DNA of 46,185 nucleotides from Candidatus Vogelbacteria bacterium (GTDB lineage: Bacteria > Patescibacteriota > Minisyncoccia > Phycocordibacterales > XYD1-FULL-46-19), in assembly GCA_021414225.1 (NCBI GenBank), contig JAIOOX010000005.1, positions 1 through 46,185 on the forward strand, written 5' to 3'. The number at the start of each line of letters is the position of its first letter. Within the stretch, counting starts at the first letter, position 1. Shown here one piece after another: positions 43,535 through 46,185 of this stretch. A program made the translations under genes and the position numbers. Below the pieces are notes generated by a model. The model had not been told where the DNA came from and searched no databases. It was given only the letters and a program-made list of their open reading frames with translations.

Positions 43535-44587
43535 ATGTGTCAGTTGCAGGAACTTAAGACGAAGACAGAGTATCGCCAGCAATTCCACTTTATCCTAAGG
43601 GGATTAACCCTTCTCTCCGTCGGCGTCCTATCCCTTCTGGCAGTTGCCCCTGCCTTGGGTGACGTTACAGGCTCACCAGATTGCGCCACAGACCCTATAC
43701 CGGTGAATGGGGATTCAGGATCTGCATATGCTGCGGTGACATTAACGGCTCCAGTGTCCTTGTGTCCTGGAGCATCGAGTGAATTGGTCGCAAGCGGAGG
43801 TGGCGACTGTGACGTTAAGCGAACCACTGGGTGCAGCCCCGCATGTTCTACCTCCTCACGGTGCGGTGCAGACGTGGACAATAGTGATGTCGTTTTCACG
43901 TGGACATCAACAGGATCCTTATCCAAGGATGGCCCAGCAACCGGCACCCTTGAAAACAAGCAGTGGTACAAGACTGATCCCGCAATATGGGGCACTAGCG
44001 GAACTGTCACCGTAAGCAGGGATGAGGCTTCGCACGTGGACGAAGGCAGCGTTCATACTGACACTGAGACGATTACGATAAGCACGCCACCACTCACAAG
44101 CTTTGCGAACCATAAACATGTTGATGCGTCCTCGCCCGGCGACCTTACCGCTAAATTCAAGAGTGCAAGCAGCGATTTTTACTTGATGGATAATGATGGC
44201 CACACCGGAACAGCGGATATACACTGTTGCATTGGCCTTCAACCTTCTGGAAGTCTCGCCAGCTTTGGAACAGCAGGTGACGGCTTGGACGTGATTGACA
44301 ATGACGGCGAGAAAGATGCCGTGTTCGCAGTAGGTAGTGGGGCAAAAATAAAGTGGGTGACAACAATTAATACCTGCGGCGGCATGCCAGGAAGTTATTC
44401 CGGTTGTGCAATGACCGCATACCACGCCCGAAACGCCATTATCAAAGTGGCAGCCTCAAATTCGACGATTGCACACGAATTTGGGCATACTGAAGGTGGT
44501 CTTGGACATGTACCTGCTCCAAACATAATGCAAACTCCCTCTGGTGCGGGCGAATTTACGTCTACCCAGTGTTCTAGCATGTTTTAG
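43535..44587 (+). CDS. Secreted protein with a C-terminal metzincin-like zinc-metalloprotease motif
   Basis: Signal/TM segment 'LTLLSVGVLSLLAVAPALG'. The middle region is Cys-rich. The C-terminus has 'IAHEFGHTEGGLGHVPAPNIM' (HExxH...G...H then a Met-turn-like IM). The third His is one residue further than in canonical HExxHxxGxxH. Confidence 0.55.
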   Translation: MCQLQELKTKTEYRQQFHFILRGLTLLSVGVLSLLAVAPALGDVTGSPDCATDPIPVNGDSGSAYAAVTLTAPVSLCPGASSELVASGGGDCDVKRTTGCSPACSTSSRCGADVDNSDVVFTWTSTGSLSKDGPATGTLENKQWYKTDPAIWGTSGTVTVSRDEASHVDEGSVHTDTETITISTPPLTSFANHKHVDASSPGDLTAKFKSASSDFYLMDNDGHTGTADIHCCIGLQPSGSLASFGTAGDGLDVIDNDGEKDAVFAVGSGAKIKWVTTINTCGGMPGSYSGCAMTAYHARNAIIKVAASNSTIAHEFGHTEGGLGHVPAPNIMQTPSGAGEFTSTQCSSMF

Positions 44588-44648
44588 CTGCATATTTCAT
44601 GAGAGAGTTCACAATTGCTATCAACTTAGCCCAAAAGGAGGCGCTGTC

Positions 44649-45434
44649 ATGAGCACGTCACATTATGTTCTTCGCGGAAGACATGAGGTTTCTTTAAATG
44701 TATACATCTTGTCGATCTGCGTTTCCTTGACCCTTTTCATCGCAAATGCAACCGCAGATTCTACGTTTGATTCCATAAAAAGCGACGCTTTCTTGGAAGA
44801 ACTAACTCGGATCGCCCAACCGCCGTGTGAATTTCCCAGTGCAACGGAGTCTTTCTTTGCTGTATTTGGGCGCGATTCGAACACCGAGACGGCGCTCCTA
44901 AGCGTGCTGAGAGATGAGAGTTCCGATTTTTACGCGCGCCGTCTGACGGTTTGGGCATTGACAGAACTTGGTACGGACGCGGCACAGACTGAACTAACAA
45001 AGTTTATCGAGGCACCCTTACCCAGCAGCCTTCCAGAGGGTACAACGTTGGAGCAAAGACTGGATGTGCTTCGTACAGGCATTATGTACTTGGGCCGCAT
45101 TAAGAATTCAAGCCTTTTACGCCAACTCGAAAACTGGTCTTCAGGAGCGTATTGGGATAGCCGTGCTGATTTTCAAGTTGCCGGAACCCAAATCATGACT
45201 ATGGAAGCTTCTCAGCGCGAACGCATCATTGCGGGACTACGTGAAGCGGCGTTATTGAGCATAACTTGGCAAGCATCCTCCGAAGCCGTCGCGCTGGTCG
45301 AGCGACTTGTGGGCACCACTTGTAACGACATGCATCCAACTGTACTCGGCAATATTGTGAATGAAGCACGTTCCAAGGCGGGTATTACTAATACCGCAGA
45401 ACCGACTTCCAACACTACTGCTGAACTTCCTTAA
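44649..45434 (+). CDS. Hypothetical exported/anchored protein with HEAT-like helical repeats
   Basis: The ATG at 44649 has the SD AAAGGAGG 7 nt upstream, whereas the track ORF starts at 44544 inside the previous gene. Hydrophobic 'VYILSICVSLTLFIANA'. Confidence 0.5.
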   Translation: MSTSHYVLRGRHEVSLNVYILSICVSLTLFIANATADSTFDSIKSDAFLEELTRIAQPPCEFPSATESFFAVFGRDSNTETALLSVLRDESSDFYARRLTVWALTELGTDAAQTELTKFIEAPLPSSLPEGTTLEQRLDVLRTGIMYLGRIKNSSLLRQLENWSSGAYWDSRADFQVAGTQIMTMEASQRERIIAGLREAALLSITWQASSEAVALVERLVGTTCNDMHPTVLGNIVNEARSKAGITNTAEPTSNTTAELP

Positions 45435-45475
45435 AGCATGCTCATGCGCCCAACAAGTGAGCTATAGAGCTGTCG

Positions 45476-46078
45476 ATGAAATCTCGCTTAGCATCAAGCA
45501 TCAAGTTCGTGTCTATTTGCCTTCTACTAGGAGGCGTATTCTGGGCGCAACTTGCACGAGCAACAAACTTTGCAGGCGAAATAATCCGTATCGTCAGAGA
45601 ACCAGAGTACATAGCGGAATCACTTTCGCCAAGTCTGTTGGAATATTTCCGCGAGTTCCAAGCGAGCCAGGAGAGACAAGATCTCGACGGGGCATTGCGT
45701 GCTATTCAGCGACTTACTACCGAATTGACCGCCGAACCTACGTCTGATGCCTACACTTACTGCATGGGCTATCGTGCGCTGTTAGAGGAAACTGCTAATC
45801 GCCACAGCGAAGCGATTCAAACATTGGAGCGCTTACGTACAGCGAGATCGGATTTACAAGGTATCGAGATTCGGTATCTGGCAGATCTCGAAGTTGCGAG
45901 AATAATGTTGGATAATGGCGGCAACCCGAATCTGCCCGATTTCACACCTAGTTTTGAGGATGTCTCCGGTGCCGTAAATCGTGTGTTCTCAAATTATGAC
46001 GCTTATCAGTATGACGTCATTCTTATGCATGTAAAGTATGCCAATGATGTCATTGAGAAGGGCATCTTCTGGCTGTAA
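45476..46078 (+). CDS. Hypothetical secreted helical (TPR-like) protein
   Basis: Signal peptide 'FVSICLLLGGVFWAQLARA'. 200 aa of helical-repeat-like sequence. The 3' ~90 nt overlap the antisense Dam-like fragment. Confidence 0.45.
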   Translation: MKSRLASSIKFVSICLLLGGVFWAQLARATNFAGEIIRIVREPEYIAESLSPSLLEYFREFQASQERQDLDGALRAIQRLTTELTAEPTSDAYTYCMGYRALLEETANRHSEAIQTLERLRTARSDLQGIEIRYLADLEVARIMLDNGGNPNLPDFTPSFEDVSGAVNRVFSNYDAYQYDVILMHVKYANDVIEKGIFWL

Positions 46079-46183
46079 CCCTAACGTGATCGCAAGGCCG
46101 CCACAGAACGGCTCGACAAGACGGCGCTGGGCATGACGGGCAAAAATTGTACGAAGGTGCGGGAGAAGCCAGCGCTTCCCTCC
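45989..46183 (-). pseudogene. N-terminal fragment of a Dam-type (D12 class) N6-adenine DNA methyltransferase, entering from the window edge and stopping after 64 codons
   Basis: Hand-translated minus frame: GGKRWLLPHLRTIFARHAQRRLVEPFCGGLAITLGLQPEDALLNDIIGILYMHKNDVILISVII*. 'GGK..LL', 'LVEPFxGG' (motif I) and 'LNDI' are the conserved N-terminal Dam blocks. No DPPY region follows. Confidence 0.5.
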
Positions 46184-46185
46184 GA

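Larger units (their letters stand above)
33087..46185. mobile_element. Putative horizontally acquired accessory/defence island, or an assembly join. The right border lies outside the window.
   Basis: G+C and codon style rise abruptly right after the stop at 33086. The region has a serine recombinase, a Dam-fragment, defence-type domains and strong AGGAGG-type RBSs, none of which occur in the left part. Confidence 0.4.

Noticed and set aside
41703-43588. ORFs 41703..41894(-), 41964..42200(+), 42234..42446(+), 42407..42619(-), 42499..42954(+), 43228..43452(-) and 43313..43588(-)
   Set aside because: They are alternative-frame or antisense to the S24-like and C45 CDSs, or span the divergent promoter region. 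None has motifs.
43540-45747. ORFs antisense to or out of frame with the three secreted-protein genes: 43540..44010, 43779..44015, 43919..44425, 44157..44366, 44395..44580, 44663..44884, 44761..45000, 45212..45415 and 45361..45747
   Set aside because: They are shadow frames of GC-richer CDSs. The sense frames have signal peptides, RBSs or the HExxH motif.
1-46185. CRISPR arrays, rRNA genes and tRNA genes
   Set aside because: I found no regularly spaced direct repeats, no rRNA-like conserved blocks and no cloverleaf-compatible segments on visual inspection of the intergenic regions. A computational scan (tRNAscan-SE, CRISPRCasFinder, barrnap) should confirm this.

Overview
The window has two compositionally different parts. 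No G+C figure was computed: a few hand-counted lines suggest about one-third G+C on the left and about one-half on the right.

(1) 1-33.09 kb is AT-rich and tightly packed, with mostly minus-strand genes, as in a small-genome CPR/Patescibacteria-like bacterium. It carries:
- secA and a lysine-rich micro-ORF;
- a candidate structured RNA locus (3.19-3.45 kb);
- a ~21.6 kb surface-glycan locus (3.5-25.1 kb). This holds an O-antigen-ligase-like/TPR protein, a Wzx-like flippase, a GT9, one GT2 and about eight GT4-type glycosyltransferases. It also holds an RmlB-like dehydratase, an RmlC-like epimerase, a DegT aminotransferase, a His-for-Lys RfbH/ColD-like 3-dehydratase, three methyltransferases and a GtrA-fusion membrane protein;
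- a TraD/TrwB-like P-loop ATPase and a DUF4015-like hydrolase;
- murC-murD with divergent murI;
- a GC-rich, hairpin-dense 62-codon ORF and one hypothetical gene.

(2) 33.09-46.19 kb switches abruptly to higher G+C, with genes carrying strong Shine-Dalgarno sites. It looks like an accessory or foreign island, or an assembly join. It carries:
- a TIGR04141/DUF6119-like protein and a short large-serine-recombinase gene;
- a minus-strand cassette: acidic 44-aa ORF, 2TM + GAF-like protein, 68-aa protein, then an unknown N-domain fused to a PNP/MTAN-type nucleosidase domain. This is my best candidate for an undescribed anti-phage system;
- an ORF-poor 1.3 kb stretch;
- a RiPP-like cluster with no known maturase: C45 Ntn peptidase/acyltransferase, soluble S24/S26-like peptidase, PqqD-type RRE, and a promoter-driven 28-aa peptide whose leader matches the lasso spacing;
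- three secreted proteins, one metzincin-like;
- an N-terminal Dam-type methyltransferase fragment at the right edge.

I found no rRNA, tRNA or CRISPR array by eye.
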